Source: a virus (lineage: Duplodnaviria > Caudoviricetes). Taken from it: a stretch of DNA of 42,242 nucleotides. Under the pieces are notes generated by a model, which worked only from the letters and a program-made list of their open reading frames with translations, was not told the origin of the DNA and did not search any database. A program made the translations under genes and the position numbers. Below, one piece after another: positions 1 to 9,023 of the stretch (positions within the stretch are counted from its first letter, which is position 1; the number at the start of each line of letters is the position of its first letter). The stretch lies in the IMG/VR virus record IMGVR_UViG_3300044698_000097, positions 1 to 42,242 of that record. One strand, written 5' to 3'.

Positions 1-245
1 TCTTCAACAACCGGAAACAGTCCGGCGGAGCAGTGCGCGCCCGGGGAGATGCCCGCGCCGGCCTCGAAGAGGCCCTGAACGTCGACGAGATCAGCACCAT
101 CATCAACGAATCGCTCATGGGCTACGCACCCGGCACGACCAACGGCGTCCGCAACGGCACCTGGAACGCACGAGACGACGAGATCGACACCAACGGCATC
201 GCGCGCGAGCTGCGCGCCCGACTACTGGGAGAGGAACACACATGA
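1..245 (+). CDS. 3' end of a hypothetical protein, truncated by the window edge
   Basis: The frame is open from position 3 (FNNRKQSGG...) to TGA at 245, and the stop overlaps the next ATG (ATGA). Confidence 0.6.
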   Translation, partial: FNNRKQSGGAVRARGDARAGLEEALNVDEISTIINESLMGYAPGTTNGVRNGTWNARDDEIDTNGIARELRARLLGEEHT

Positions 246-591
246 CCCAGACCATCTCACCGACTACGACGAGCCCACCCCGTTCCAGCCCACCGGGGTA
301 TTCCTGTGCCACCAGGTCAACGGGCGAGCGTGCGCCGGCTGGGCAGGCTGCCACGACATGACGCACAGCCTGGCGCTGCGCCTCGCGATCTCCACCGGCG
401 ACATCACGCCCGATGACGGTGACGAGATCAACGCGTACACCACCGACGTCGAGCTGTTCGCTTCGGGCCGCGAGGCCGCCGAACACGGCATGCGCGACGT
501 CGAGCACCCCACCCCCGACGCCGTCAGTGCGCTGCACAAGATCAAGCGCCGGCGCGCCACCACCGACCACCCGATAGGGGACCCATCGTGA
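242..591 (+). pseudogene. DUF6283-like Cys/His protein, apparently broken near its 5' end
   Basis: RBS plus ATG at 242 are out of frame with the conserved-looking body (YDEPTPFQPTGVFLCHQ...ACAGWAGCHD...LFASGREAAEHG), which ends at 591. Confidence 0.5.
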
Positions 592-986
592 TCGACGTAC
601 ATGGCGCTGCTGTCGCCATCCACGACGCCAACCTGACCGGCGGGAAGGCCGCGGCCATCCGGGCGGTGACGAAGGTTCTGGCGGATTGCTGGGACGACTG
701 CGCCGCCGTCGTCGCGCCGAACAGCCGCGGCATCGACAACCCGAACCCGTACCGGCTCGCGCTCGAACTTGCGCCCGACGGCCCACACGCGCCGGCCGTT
801 GAGTTCGTCGACGAGCCGGTCAACCAGTCGGAGCCGGAGCGCGACACCCGCCAGCGGCACCTGTTCATCACCACCGTCGACGACGCAGAGCTGATCGCCA
901 TGCAGATCGTCGTGCAGGTGCTCGACGGACTCGAACCCCGGACGCAGCAGCGCATCATCCGGTACGTCAGCGAGCGCATCGCATGA
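588..986 (+). CDS. hypothetical protein
   Basis: 4-bp overlaps with both neighbours and GC3-biased codons. Confidence 0.7.
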   Translation: MIDVHGAAVAIHDANLTGGKAAAIRAVTKVLADCWDDCAAVVAPNSRGIDNPNPYRLALELAPDGPHAPAVEFVDEPVNQSEPERDTRQRHLFITTVDDAELIAMQIVVQVLDGLEPRTQQRIIRYVSERIA

Positions 987-1690
987 CCGCCCCCGAAAGC
1001 GACGACCACGTCAGCGCCATGCAACGCAAGATCGCGGAGGGCCTAGGCATCCCACTACCGGCACTACTGGCGGGGGTACGCCAATTCGGGATTCCGGAAT
1101 CCGGAATCGGACAGGAGAACAGCATGCAGCGAGTCCTACGGTGGGACGTCCCAGTCGACGACCAGTGGCACGACATCGGCGCCGGCGCTGTCGTGCACGT
1201 CGCAGCTCGCGGGTACCGCGAGCGCCCGGGAGATCTCGTCGAGGTGTGGACGCTCGAAAGCTCGCCGGGGGCCGGCCTGGACCCAGGCGACGTGCGCAAG
1301 CGCTCCGTGAGCGTCTTCGGCACCGGGCACCTACTGCCGCGCGACGCCCAGCACATCGGCAGCGCTGTCGTCCCGTCGTTCCGGGTCGTGTCCGGTCCAA
1401 CGCGCGGCACGGTCGAGCACATCGAGTCGACGGCCGGCCTGATGTGGCACGTCTTCGCGAAATACGCGCCACCCGCCGAGACACCGCACATCGCAGGCTT
1501 CAGGCGCGGTCACCTGGTCACCATCGGCCCCAACGGCGACAAGTACGAGGGTCAGACAGGCGTGGTCGCCACGCTCGACCACGACCACGGGTGGCGACTA
1601 TGGGTCCGCGTCGGCGTCGACGTGCACGACCAGCACGCGCCGGCGCTCTACCTCAGCCCCGACGACATCGACATGGTCGTGGTCCCGTGA
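983..1690 (+). CDS. hypothetical protein with a possible C-terminal SH3/KOW-like domain
   Basis: ATGA overlap with the previous gene; C-terminal FRRGHLVTIG...YEGQTGVV pattern. Confidence 0.7.
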   Translation: MTAPESDDHVSAMQRKIAEGLGIPLPALLAGVRQFGIPESGIGQENSMQRVLRWDVPVDDQWHDIGAGAVVHVAARGYRERPGDLVEVWTLESSPGAGLDPGDVRKRSVSVFGTGHLLPRDAQHIGSAVVPSFRVVSGPTRGTVEHIESTAGLMWHVFAKYAPPAETPHIAGFRRGHLVTIGPNGDKYEGQTGVVATLDHDHGWRLWVRVGVDVHDQHAPALYLSPDDIDMVVVP

Positions 1691-1893
1691 GCATCTTCGA
1701 CGGCCCCACCGACTTCGCCACCACGAAGGATCGAGCCATCAAGCGCGCCATGCGGGAAGGCGCCGCACTGCACATCGAGACGCTGGCCAGGCAGACCGCC
1801 ACAGTGCTCCCCGCCGACAAGCTGTTCACCACAGCCGAAGTCGTCGCGCTGCTCGAAGGCTTCGCGCAGGGGCTGCGGAGCAACGAACCATGA
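1687..1893 (+). CDS. hypothetical protein (68 aa)
   Basis: GTGA overlap at 1687; this is the 3' part of track ORF 1141..1893. Confidence 0.65.
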   Translation: MSIFDGPTDFATTKDRAIKRAMREGAALHIETLARQTATVLPADKLFTTAEVVALLEGFAQGLRSNEP

Positions 1894-2030
1894 TCCGCCG
1901 GCCATGGTGGACGTACTCGTGTCGGATGGGCCTGCACCAGTGGCGCCTGCACTCCCTCGTTGACGTCGTGTGGCCTAGCGGGAAGGTCCGGCAGGTATGC
2001 CGCACCTGCCGTCGGCAGAGGACACGATGA
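1890..2030 (+). CDS. small putative Zn-binding protein (46 aa; not in the ORF track)
   Basis: MIRRPWWTYSCRMGLHQW...VCRTCRRQRTR, with C-x4-H and CxxC; ATGA overlaps at both ends. Confidence 0.65.
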   Translation: MIRRPWWTYSCRMGLHQWRLHSLVDVVWPSGKVRQVCRTCRRQRTR

Positions 2031-2434
2031 GGCTGTTTCACGGGGGTGTTCCGGGCCGCCGGCCCGGTGACATCCTCGAACCCGGGCACGAGCGCAAGAC
2101 GCACGACGGCTGCCCCTGGTGCGCGGCTCGCGCGGCCGGCCGCGCCGGTCCCGCCGGCATCGACCCGCCCGCCGTGCACGAGGCCGTCTACATGACGCCG
2201 CACCGGCTCTATGCGGCCCACCACGCGTCCCTGTGGGGCCGCGGGGACCTCTACCAGGTCGAGCCCGTCGGAGAGCTGGTGCGCTCGACGGAAGACAGCA
2301 TCGAGACGTGGTGCGCACCGCTCGCCGTCGTGCTCGTCGCCGTCGAGCGCGCCGTATCGCTCACCATGAGCGAGCGCCGGCGCCTGCGCCGGCACTGGGG
2401 CGCGGCCGACCGCCTGATGTGGGGTGACCGGTGA
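2027..2434 (+). CDS. Arr-like ADP-ribosyltransferase-fold protein
   Basis: LFHGG...PGDILEP...VYMT...GRGDLYQVEPVG follows the motif order of the rifampin ADP-ribosyltransferase (Arr) family. Confidence 0.55.
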   Translation: MRLFHGGVPGRRPGDILEPGHERKTHDGCPWCAARAAGRAGPAGIDPPAVHEAVYMTPHRLYAAHHASLWGRGDLYQVEPVGELVRSTEDSIETWCAPLAVVLVAVERAVSLTMSERRRLRRHWGAADRLMWGDR

Positions 2435-2544
2435 TGGGCGCGTTCCTCGACGCCGTCGACTGGCCTAGCGCCATGACCAACGCGCTGCTCATCGCCATCC
2501 TGGTCGAGCTGGTGCAGATCAACGGGAAGGTAGGCCGCAAATGA
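2434..2544 (+). CDS. small membrane peptide (36 aa; not in the ORF track)
   Basis: MGAFLDAVDWPSAMTNALLIAILVELVQINGKVGRK; overlaps both neighbours. Confidence 0.55.
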   Translation: MGAFLDAVDWPSAMTNALLIAILVELVQINGKVGRK

Positions 2545-2810
2545 ACCCCGCCGAAGCGCTCGCGCACCTGACACGGGCCATGTTCCAGGGAGCGCCACCG
2601 CGCCCCCAGGGTGTCAGGGTCAGGATCGGTGACCAGTTCATCGAGCCCGTCACCCTGACCTACAGGGGGCAGAACCCCATCGGCAATCACGAGTGGTTGG
2701 CCACGTTCGACATCTGCGGTGACGACATCGACGGGCTGCACGTCGACGTGCTGCCAGGCCGCACGTCCGTCGCGCTCGCGTTCCTGATCAACCCGGAGGA
2801 CAGCCCATGA
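2541..2810 (+). CDS. hypothetical protein
   Basis: ATGA overlaps within the operon. Confidence 0.7.
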   Translation: MNPAEALAHLTRAMFQGAPPRPQGVRVRIGDQFIEPVTLTYRGQNPIGNHEWLATFDICGDDIDGLHVDVLPGRTSVALAFLINPEDSP

Positions 2811-3274
2811 ACATCGAGGCCGACTGCCACCTGCGCATCAACGAGGTGACCGACTGCGGGTGCGTCGTCACGGCCATCGTGCGCACCGACACCGCGGTGC
2901 CCGTGCGACTCGACGCGCACCCCGTGTTCGAGACGCTGACGGACCGGCTGGGGGACCCATACGAATCGCTGGCGCACTACGCCGTCGACCTACGCATCGG
3001 GAACAAGGCCGCTGCCGACGTCGTGCCGGCCAACAGCAGCGTCGAGCTGTGGGTACCGCAGCACACCGACAACACCGCGTGCGAGCTGCCGGCCCCCGGA
3101 TACGCCTACCTCGTGCTGCGGCACCTCGTCGACGGCGTCAAGGCCATGCCCTGGCAGCCGTGCCCGGAGCACGAGGCACCCGACGACCGCCGACCGGGCG
3201 ACATCCTCGCCGTCATCTCCGCCAACGCCCCAGGGATCCGACCGGAGTACACCTTTCATGACCCCAAGCCCTGA
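2807..3274 (+). CDS. hypothetical protein
   Basis: ATGA overlap, GGAGG RBS and GC3 bias. Confidence 0.7.
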   Translation: MNIEADCHLRINEVTDCGCVVTAIVRTDTAVPVRLDAHPVFETLTDRLGDPYESLAHYAVDLRIGNKAAADVVPANSSVELWVPQHTDNTACELPAPGYAYLVLRHLVDGVKAMPWQPCPEHEAPDDRRPGDILAVISANAPGIRPEYTFHDPKP

Positions 3275-3653
3275 CATCCTCGCCACCCCCTACAACGGCT
3301 GCCCGTTCTGCCAGATCGCCGCCGGGTGGCTCACCGCCGAAGTCATCTGCTCATGGATGGCGACGACGATGCCGGCACTCGCGATTCGACCGCTCAACCC
3401 GGTCACCCCGGGCCACATGCTCGTGATCCCCATGGCGCACGTCCCCGACTTCACCACGCGACCCGACCTCTCCGCCGGCCTCATGGCCCACGCAGCAGAC
3501 CTCGCGGACGCCGTCGGCGGTGACATGAACATCATCAGCAGCAAGGGGCCGGCGGCCACACAGACCGTGTTCCACCTGCACCTGCACCTGGTGCCGCGCA
3601 CGGCCGGCGACGGCCTCGCGCTCCCGTGGACCAACCAGGAAGGCACTCCATGA
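3258..3653 (+). CDS. HIT (histidine triad) family nucleotide hydrolase
   Basis: CPFC, PLNPVTPGHMLVIP and QTVFHLHLHLVPR signature. Confidence 0.93.
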   Translation: MTPSPDILATPYNGCPFCQIAAGWLTAEVICSWMATTMPALAIRPLNPVTPGHMLVIPMAHVPDFTTRPDLSAGLMAHAADLADAVGGDMNIISSKGPAATQTVFHLHLHLVPRTAGDGLALPWTNQEGTP

Positions 3654-3886
3654 CCAGAACCACCGCCATCACCCGTGCCACGCTCACAGCGGTCATCCTC
3701 GCTGTGCTCGCTGGCTGCGCATCGACCACCACGGACACCGAGAGCGTCGACGCCACCCCGCACCGTCGTGCCGCGTGGGTGCAGCCGCTGCCTGACGGCC
3801 GTGAAGTGGTGTGCGTCTTCGCGAAGAGCGGCTACGCCGGCGGCCTGACGTGCGACTGGGACACGGCGACGGAGGCCACACAGTGA
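3650..3886 (+). CDS. putative lipoprotein
   Basis: Signal peptide with lipobox LAGC. Confidence 0.7.
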   Translation: MTRTTAITRATLTAVILAVLAGCASTTTDTESVDATPHRRAAWVQPLPDGREVVCVFAKSGYAGGLTCDWDTATEATQ

Positions 3887-4698
3887 CCCGCGTGTTCTAC
3901 GACACGGAATTCCTGGAGACCGGATCCGAGATCCATCTCATCAGCATCGGCATGGTGACCGACGACGGGCGCGAGTATTACGCCGTCAACGGGGACCTCG
4001 ACGACATCACGAACCATGACCCGGACCTGCGCGGCGGGTACATCGGCAAGACGCCGTGGGATCGCATCATGGCGGAACCGTGGCTGGTGAAGAACGTGGT
4101 GCCGTCGCTGCCCCTGCGGGACCGGACGCAGCTCGACCGGCACCTGAAGGGGGTGCCGCTGTTCGCGCCGCGCCCGGTGCTCGACTTCGTGCGCCTCGAC
4201 CACACGCACACGAGCGTGAAGCCCCGCCAGGTGATCGCGAACGAGGTGCGCGACTTCCTGCGCGCCGCGCGCCCCGTGGCGCCTGACGGGCAGCCCGTGC
4301 CCGACGTCGAGCTGTGGGCCTGGTACGGCGCGTACGACCACGTCGCGCTGTGCTGGTTGTGGGGCCGGATGATCGACCTGCCCGACGGCGTCCCGATGTG
4401 GACCAACGATCTCCGCCAGGAACGTCACCGGCTGGGCAACCCCGACATGCCGAAGCAAGCGGCCGGCGAGCACAACGCACTGGAAGACGCCCGGCACAAC
4501 CTGGCCATGGCCAGGTTCCTCGACGAGCACGCAGAGAGGTTCACCGACGGGCCGCTGCGGTTCTCACAAGCGGGCTGGTCGGTCGAACTCGAATCGCACC
4601 CCGGGCTGCCGCCGTACGTGCAGTTCAAGCGACACAACAGCACCATCGTGCAGGGCTACGTGCACTCGGACCCGCCTGGCGTCAGGCCCGGGGCATGA
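3883..4698 (+). CDS. 3'-5' exoribonuclease, Rv2179c/RNase AS-like (DEDD)
   Basis: FYDTEF, LISIGMV, AWYGAYDHVALCWLWG, HNALEDARHN; GTG start at 3883. Confidence 0.88.
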   Translation: MTRVFYDTEFLETGSEIHLISIGMVTDDGREYYAVNGDLDDITNHDPDLRGGYIGKTPWDRIMAEPWLVKNVVPSLPLRDRTQLDRHLKGVPLFAPRPVLDFVRLDHTHTSVKPRQVIANEVRDFLRAARPVAPDGQPVPDVELWAWYGAYDHVALCWLWGRMIDLPDGVPMWTNDLRQERHRLGNPDMPKQAAGEHNALEDARHNLAMARFLDEHAERFTDGPLRFSQAGWSVELESHPGLPPYVQFKRHNSTIVQGYVHSDPPGVRPGA

Positions 4699-4880
4699 CA
4701 GCGAAGACGCGGGTGCGGTACCGCCCCGACGACACGACGTGGCCCGGACGGAACTGGGAACACCACTGCCACCGGCCGAAGTGCGTGAACGAGCTGTCGG
4801 CGTGGACGTGGCACATGACGTGGCGGGGGGCGCTGGGCATGGCGTGGGCTCACCTGCGGCACTACCACGGACGTGCGTAG
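4695..4880 (+). CDS. hypothetical Trp/His-rich protein
   Basis: ATGA overlap at 4695. Confidence 0.6.
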   Translation: MTAKTRVRYRPDDTTWPGRNWEHHCHRPKCVNELSAWTWHMTWRGALGMAWAHLRHYHGRA

Positions 4881-4893
4881 GAACCCGGGGTGT

Positions 4894-4963
4894 TTGCGTT
4901 GCGGGCGCGACAGGCGTATAGTTACGCATGTCAGAACGAAACCGACACCGGGAGACACCATGA
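4894..4963 (+). promoter_or_regulatory. SigA-type promoter with leaderless 11-aa uORF (copy 1)
   Basis: TTGCGT-17-TATAGT, then ATG at 4928 encoding MSERNRHRETP, whose TGA overlaps the ATG at 4960. Confidence 0.75.
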
Positions 4964-5151
4964 ACATCACCATCGGCGCCAACTACACCATCAACTTCAA
5001 CGGCGCCCCGATGTACGCGGGGCAGTTCACCTCCGTCACCCCGACGGGCGGGATGTTCGTCGGAACCGACCTGCGCCCCGGGCGCGAGGGTCAGCGCGTC
5101 GAGACCGGTATCGCGTGGGAATGCGAGGGACGCACCATCGTCCCCGCATAA
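4960..5151 (+). CDS. hypothetical protein (63 aa)
   Basis: GGAG RBS and ATG at 4960, downstream of the promoter. Confidence 0.75.
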   Translation: MNITIGANYTINFNGAPMYAGQFTSVTPTGGMFVGTDLRPGREGQRVETGIAWECEGRTIVPA

Positions 5152-5206
5152 CCCACCTGGCGCCCACAACCACGGTTGTGGGCGCCGCACCCCGCCAGGA
5201 GGAACG

Positions 5207-5356
5207 ATGCCCCCGAAGAAGAACCCCGAAGAGGAACTGAAGGACGCCGCCGCACGACGCGAGATCGACCGCCCGGAACGCACCCGCTGCGAGTCCTGCG
5301 ACATCGACTTCGGCACACCGCTCGCGCTGCTGCGGCACGCCAAGACAGCGCACTAG
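5207..5356 (+). CDS. C2H2 zinc-finger microprotein (49 aa; not in the ORF track)
   Basis: AGGAGG RBS; CESCDIDFGTPLALLRHAKTAH matches C-x2-C-x3-F-x5-L-x2-H-x4-H. Confidence 0.75.
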   Translation: MPPKKNPEEELKDAAARREIDRPERTRCESCDIDFGTPLALLRHAKTAH

Positions 5357-5370
5357 CTCCGCAACGCACA

Positions 5371-5403
5371 CGGCCCCCGGACCCATCAGGGTCCGGGGGC
5401 CTT
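5371..5403 (+). terminator. GC-rich hairpin ending the rightward operon
   Basis: GGCCCCCGGACCC-atca-GGGTCCGGGGGCC. Confidence 0.7.
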
Positions 5404-5554
5404 CACACGAGACAGGACACCTCCCCGGGAGGCGCGGGAGGGATACACCGAGACCTCATCGCTTCAGCTTGTCAGAACCTTCCCCCGGGGAAGTGTGCCT
5501 AGGACAAGGGTACGGACCCATGACACACCAGGTCAACGCAGGCAGAACATCCGT

Positions 5555-5866
5555 TCAGACCGACTCATCTGGTGGCGAATCACCGGATGGCGAGCCGTCC
5601 GACCCCTGCGTCAGCACGCGCTGCGCCTCCCACGTCTTGACGCCGGCACCAGGCCGCAACAGCGGGGAAGCCTCTAGGCGGTCGAACAGATCCTGAAACA
5701 GTGCGTCCGACCCGTCACCCATGAACTCACCACCGCCCCACATGTCCACCGTGACCGTGACGGTCACGGCCGGATCCTCGCTACCGGACTCGATGGCCTC
5801 GCTATGGAATACGGCAACATAAGCCGGGTTGTCATTCTCATTCATTGAAGGTTCCGCGAATGGCAT
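5555..5866 (-). CDS. last gene of the tail module, probable small virion protein
   Basis: AGAAAGGA RBS; C-terminal DGSPSGDSPPDESV. Confidence 0.65.
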   Translation of the reverse strand: MPFAEPSMNENDNPAYVAVFHSEAIESGSEDPAVTVTVTVDMWGGGEFMGDGSDALFQDLFDRLEASPLLRPGAGVKTWEAQRVLTQGSDGSPSGDSPPDESV

Positions 5867-5878
5867 TAGAAATCCTTT

Positions 5879-6349
5879 CTATGGTGCTGTCACACCATAC
5901 GTTCCACCAATTGTCAGAACCGCGCCGTTCACCCAACCCTGGGCACTAAGCACACCAGCAGCGGTCAGGAAGTACCGGGCGACGTACGCAGCGCTCGGAG
6001 TGCCCTGCCCCATTTCCGTGATCCCAGCGGGGAAGAACGTGAACCCGGATGGAAGCGTGCCAAACGTAGTCGTACCACTGAGGCCGGCCGTGTTCGCTCG
6101 ACCACGCAGCATGACCACCGGCCCATACCGGCGCGCCTGCGGAGTGTTCGCACCACCCAACGGCGTGACACCAGCTTGCCAAATGACGATGTCCTGCCAC
6201 CCGGTGTCGAACCCACCAGGCGTGTCCTGCCAGATCGACGCCGACACCGGGTCCCGCAGCGCCTGCCGTTCAAGGAACGAAATGCGCCGTTCGTAGTCAG
6301 CGATGATCCGCGCCAGGTCATAGTCACGTTGCAGCGTGTTCACGGCCAT
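5879..6349 (-). CDS. minor tail protein / fibre-like protein
   Basis: N-terminal coiled coil (IADYERRISFLER), then DTGW...ARRYGPVVMLRG...FGTLPSGF, typical of siphophage fibre C-termini. Confidence 0.75.
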   Translation of the reverse strand: MAVNTLQRDYDLARIIADYERRISFLERQALRDPVSASIWQDTPGGFDTGWQDIVIWQAGVTPLGGANTPQARRYGPVVMLRGRANTAGLSGTTTFGTLPSGFTFFPAGITEMGQGTPSAAYVARYFLTAAGVLSAQGWVNGAVLTIGGTYGVTAP

Positions 6350-7605
6350 CAGCAGTCCGCACAATCGGTCGGTTGGGAAGACAGCATGCCGCCCGGGTAG
6401 CTGTCCACGATGATCTGCACGGTGACTTGCTCCGCACCCTCCGGACCCACAGCCACCGACACGCGCCCGATGCTGGGGATGCTGGTACCCGAGTCCGGCA
6501 TATCGGGGCCGGCGTCGATCCGCCAGTTCGGAGCGTCGATGTCGATGTTCACGTTCCGGCCCGGCAGCAGGTCGTCAATCGACAGCGTCGGGTCACCAGC
6601 CGCGGTCCCGTAGTCCAGGCCCGTGAAGTTCAGTTGCAGGTCCAACGTCGGGTCCATGTGATCGAGCTGGTACCCGAAAGCGTGCTGCCCCAGCGTGATC
6701 AGGTTGGTGACCCCAGAGAACGTCGGCGCCGCATCGAACCGGGGCAGGAACGCCGTAGGGCTGTCCGCGGTGGAGATCCGCGGTGTGCCGTCGTCTTCCG
6801 GGTCCCCGAACGCGTCAATCTGGTTCGCCATGCCGTTCCCGTCAAGGTTCAGCGTGAAGTCCGTCAGGTGATTCCACGTGATGAACTTCGCCGGCGACGG
6901 TTGCGTGATCGCGTCGGAGAAAAGCATCTCACTCCACCAGTTCTCCGTCAGCCCCGGGATCGGCACCGGGTTACGGAAGTGCGTCAGCTCGTACACCGGG
7001 CCGTCCTCGATGCCGGTCAGCTGCCGGATCATGTCCCCGATCACGGGCCGGTCAACCGCCAGGTATGTGCGGTCCCGGTTGAAAGCGCTGAGAGCGAACC
7101 CACCGGACAGCGGGATGCCCAGCGGGGGATCAGGGTCGACGCTGCCGCCGTCGAAGTTCTCCCCACGCGGGTACAGCACGAGGTTCGCCCCGATCGATGT
7201 CTGGCTGTCACCCGTGAACACCAGGTCTGACCGGATCAGCCGGTAGTCGAGATACTTCTGCAGCTCAGCGAACCCGAGCGTGACTGTGCCGTCACTGTTG
7301 CCCTGCATGGTCTCGATGAACCCACCGAACATGTTCACCGGTGCGTTCGGCGTGGCGGAGCCGCCAGCGGTCCGCTGGAAGAAGATCCCGGTTGCTCCGG
7401 GGAACGTGTCGTTCGCGGACACGAACCCCGCATCAAGCCCGGGGGAGTTGCCGCGACGGTTGAACGTGATCGACCCGCGACCGGCCTCCATGAACGCCGT
7501 CTCGAACTCGAACGAGATCGGCACCACAGAATGCTCAATCTCGCCCGTGAGCAGGTTCGTCAGTTCGACGCGCCAGTTCGCCGCACACTCGCACACATCC
7601 ACCAT
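6349..7605 (-). CDS. minor tail protein (baseplate hub-like)
   Basis: Second gene after the tape measure; size and position. Confidence 0.75.
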   Translation of the reverse strand: MVDVCECAANWRVELTNLLTGEIEHSVVPISFEFETAFMEAGRGSITFNRRGNSPGLDAGFVSANDTFPGATGIFFQRTAGGSATPNAPVNMFGGFIETMQGNSDGTVTLGFAELQKYLDYRLIRSDLVFTGDSQTSIGANLVLYPRGENFDGGSVDPDPPLGIPLSGGFALSAFNRDRTYLAVDRPVIGDMIRQLTGIEDGPVYELTHFRNPVPIPGLTENWWSEMLFSDAITQPSPAKFITWNHLTDFTLNLDGNGMANQIDAFGDPEDDGTPRISTADSPTAFLPRFDAAPTFSGVTNLITLGQHAFGYQLDHMDPTLDLQLNFTGLDYGTAAGDPTLSIDDLLPGRNVNIDIDAPNWRIDAGPDMPDSGTSIPSIGRVSVAVGPEGAEQVTVQIIVDSYPGGMLSSQPTDCADC

Positions 7606-9023
7606 CAGCCACTCACCACCGCGTTCTGCCAGACGACGTTGACGAACCCCGTGTCGGTCGGGTCACCGGTCGACACCGTGACGTCGTGCACCCCTGGTTC
7701 CAGGCATGACGTGAAGTCGCCTTCCAGGTTCTGCGTGACGTCCTCGAACCCGTCGGCGGCACGGCCCCAGCGGGTGTCGATATCTATGACCGATCCGACC
7801 GGTACATCTTCGGTATAGGTGAACTCGTGACCCCCGTACGTCACCACGATGGGCGCGGTCAGCTCCGGAAACAGGGTGATCACCGGGCAGGCGCACAGCG
7901 TGCCCACCACTTCGACGGTTCCCGGTTCTGTGGCCGTAACCCCCTCGTTCACCCACACCTGCGCGAAGTCGAGCACCTGGCCAGCGAGCGCCGTCCCGGA
8001 CCACGCCAGAATCGGCATGATGAACGCCGTATTTGCCGGCGAGAGGAACGTCTCGGAGTGGCGTCCCCATGTCGTCGCAGGCATCTGGTTCGTGCCCGTA
8101 GTGGTCGACAGCGTGGCGCCGGCCGCGTCGAAGAACCGCAGGTTCACCCGCGTCTGTGGGCCGCCCACGACGCTCTTCTGCGCCCACCAGGAAACCGTGT
8201 AGTTCGTGGCAGCCGTCGCCGGGATCGCGTTCAGCCCGGAGTCGGTGACATCCATCGTCATGGGCGACGTCGTGTTGGCAACCACGATCTCGCGCGAGAA
8301 GTACGAACCACCGTCCGGGGCACCGCTCGCGGGGAACGAGTCGTTCACGGTGGCGCCGTTCAGCGTCATCGTCCGGCCGTCTAGCCGGTAGTCCTCCGCG
8401 GCCAGGTTCTGATCGACGGCGTCCACGCTCTCCACGTGGTCGCTGTCCCAGACGAAGTCCGGGCCGAGCGCGTCCAGGAGGATCAGCCGCGCGTCGGCGG
8501 CGTCGAACCGCAGCGTGACGCGTGCAGCTCCGCGGTTCGACCGTTCCCAGACGACGTCGGCCACGCGCGGCCGGCCGTGCACGAGGTACGGCCCCAGGTA
8601 CACCTTTTCCTCGTCGGTCGCGTTCGGGTCGTGGCAGTCGGTGAAGATCACCAGGGTTGCCCCCGAGCAGTTCCGGGACCACTCTTGCGTCAGCCGTGAG
8701 ACCTTCTGCCGTGCCGTCGGGCACCCCGGGCATCCGTCGTTCTGCACGATGACCTGGAACGTCAGAATCCGCGGCTCGTAGTAGTCAGCGAACTGCACGA
8801 CGCCGTCACGCTGCGCGAACGCGACATCACCCGATCGCACGCCGGGCACCCCGAGCCCCGCCGGCGGCAGCAGCAGACACCCCAGTGGTTCCGTCGGCAG
8901 GTACGGGATGACCGGGTCACCACCTTCCAGGCTGATGCCCTGTTCTTGAACCTGTAGCCCACCGGCCGCGCTGTACCCGTCCTTATACATCGCGATGCCC
9001 CACGCGCCACTGTTGCCGCTCAT
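7605..9023 (-). CDS. distal tail protein with an inserted carbohydrate-binding-like domain
   Basis: First gene after the tape measure; central YTVSWWAQ...VNLRFFDAAG...W..HSETF.SPANTAF jelly-roll-like insert. Confidence 0.75.
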   Translation of the reverse strand: MSGNSGAWGIAMYKDGYSAAGGLQVQEQGISLEGGDPVIPYLPTEPLGCLLLPPAGLGVPGVRSGDVAFAQRDGVVQFADYYEPRILTFQVIVQNDGCPGCPTARQKVSRLTQEWSRNCSGATLVIFTDCHDPNATDEEKVYLGPYLVHGRPRVADVVWERSNRGAARVTLRFDAADARLILLDALGPDFVWDSDHVESVDAVDQNLAAEDYRLDGRTMTLNGATVNDSFPASGAPDGGSYFSREIVVANTTSPMTMDVTDSGLNAIPATAATNYTVSWWAQKSVVGGPQTRVNLRFFDAAGATLSTTTGTNQMPATTWGRHSETFLSPANTAFIMPILAWSGTALAGQVLDFAQVWVNEGVTATEPGTVEVVGTLCACPVITLFPELTAPIVVTYGGHEFTYTEDVPVGSVIDIDTRWGRAADGFEDVTQNLEGDFTSCLEPGVHDVTVSTGDPTDTGFVNVVWQNAVVSG

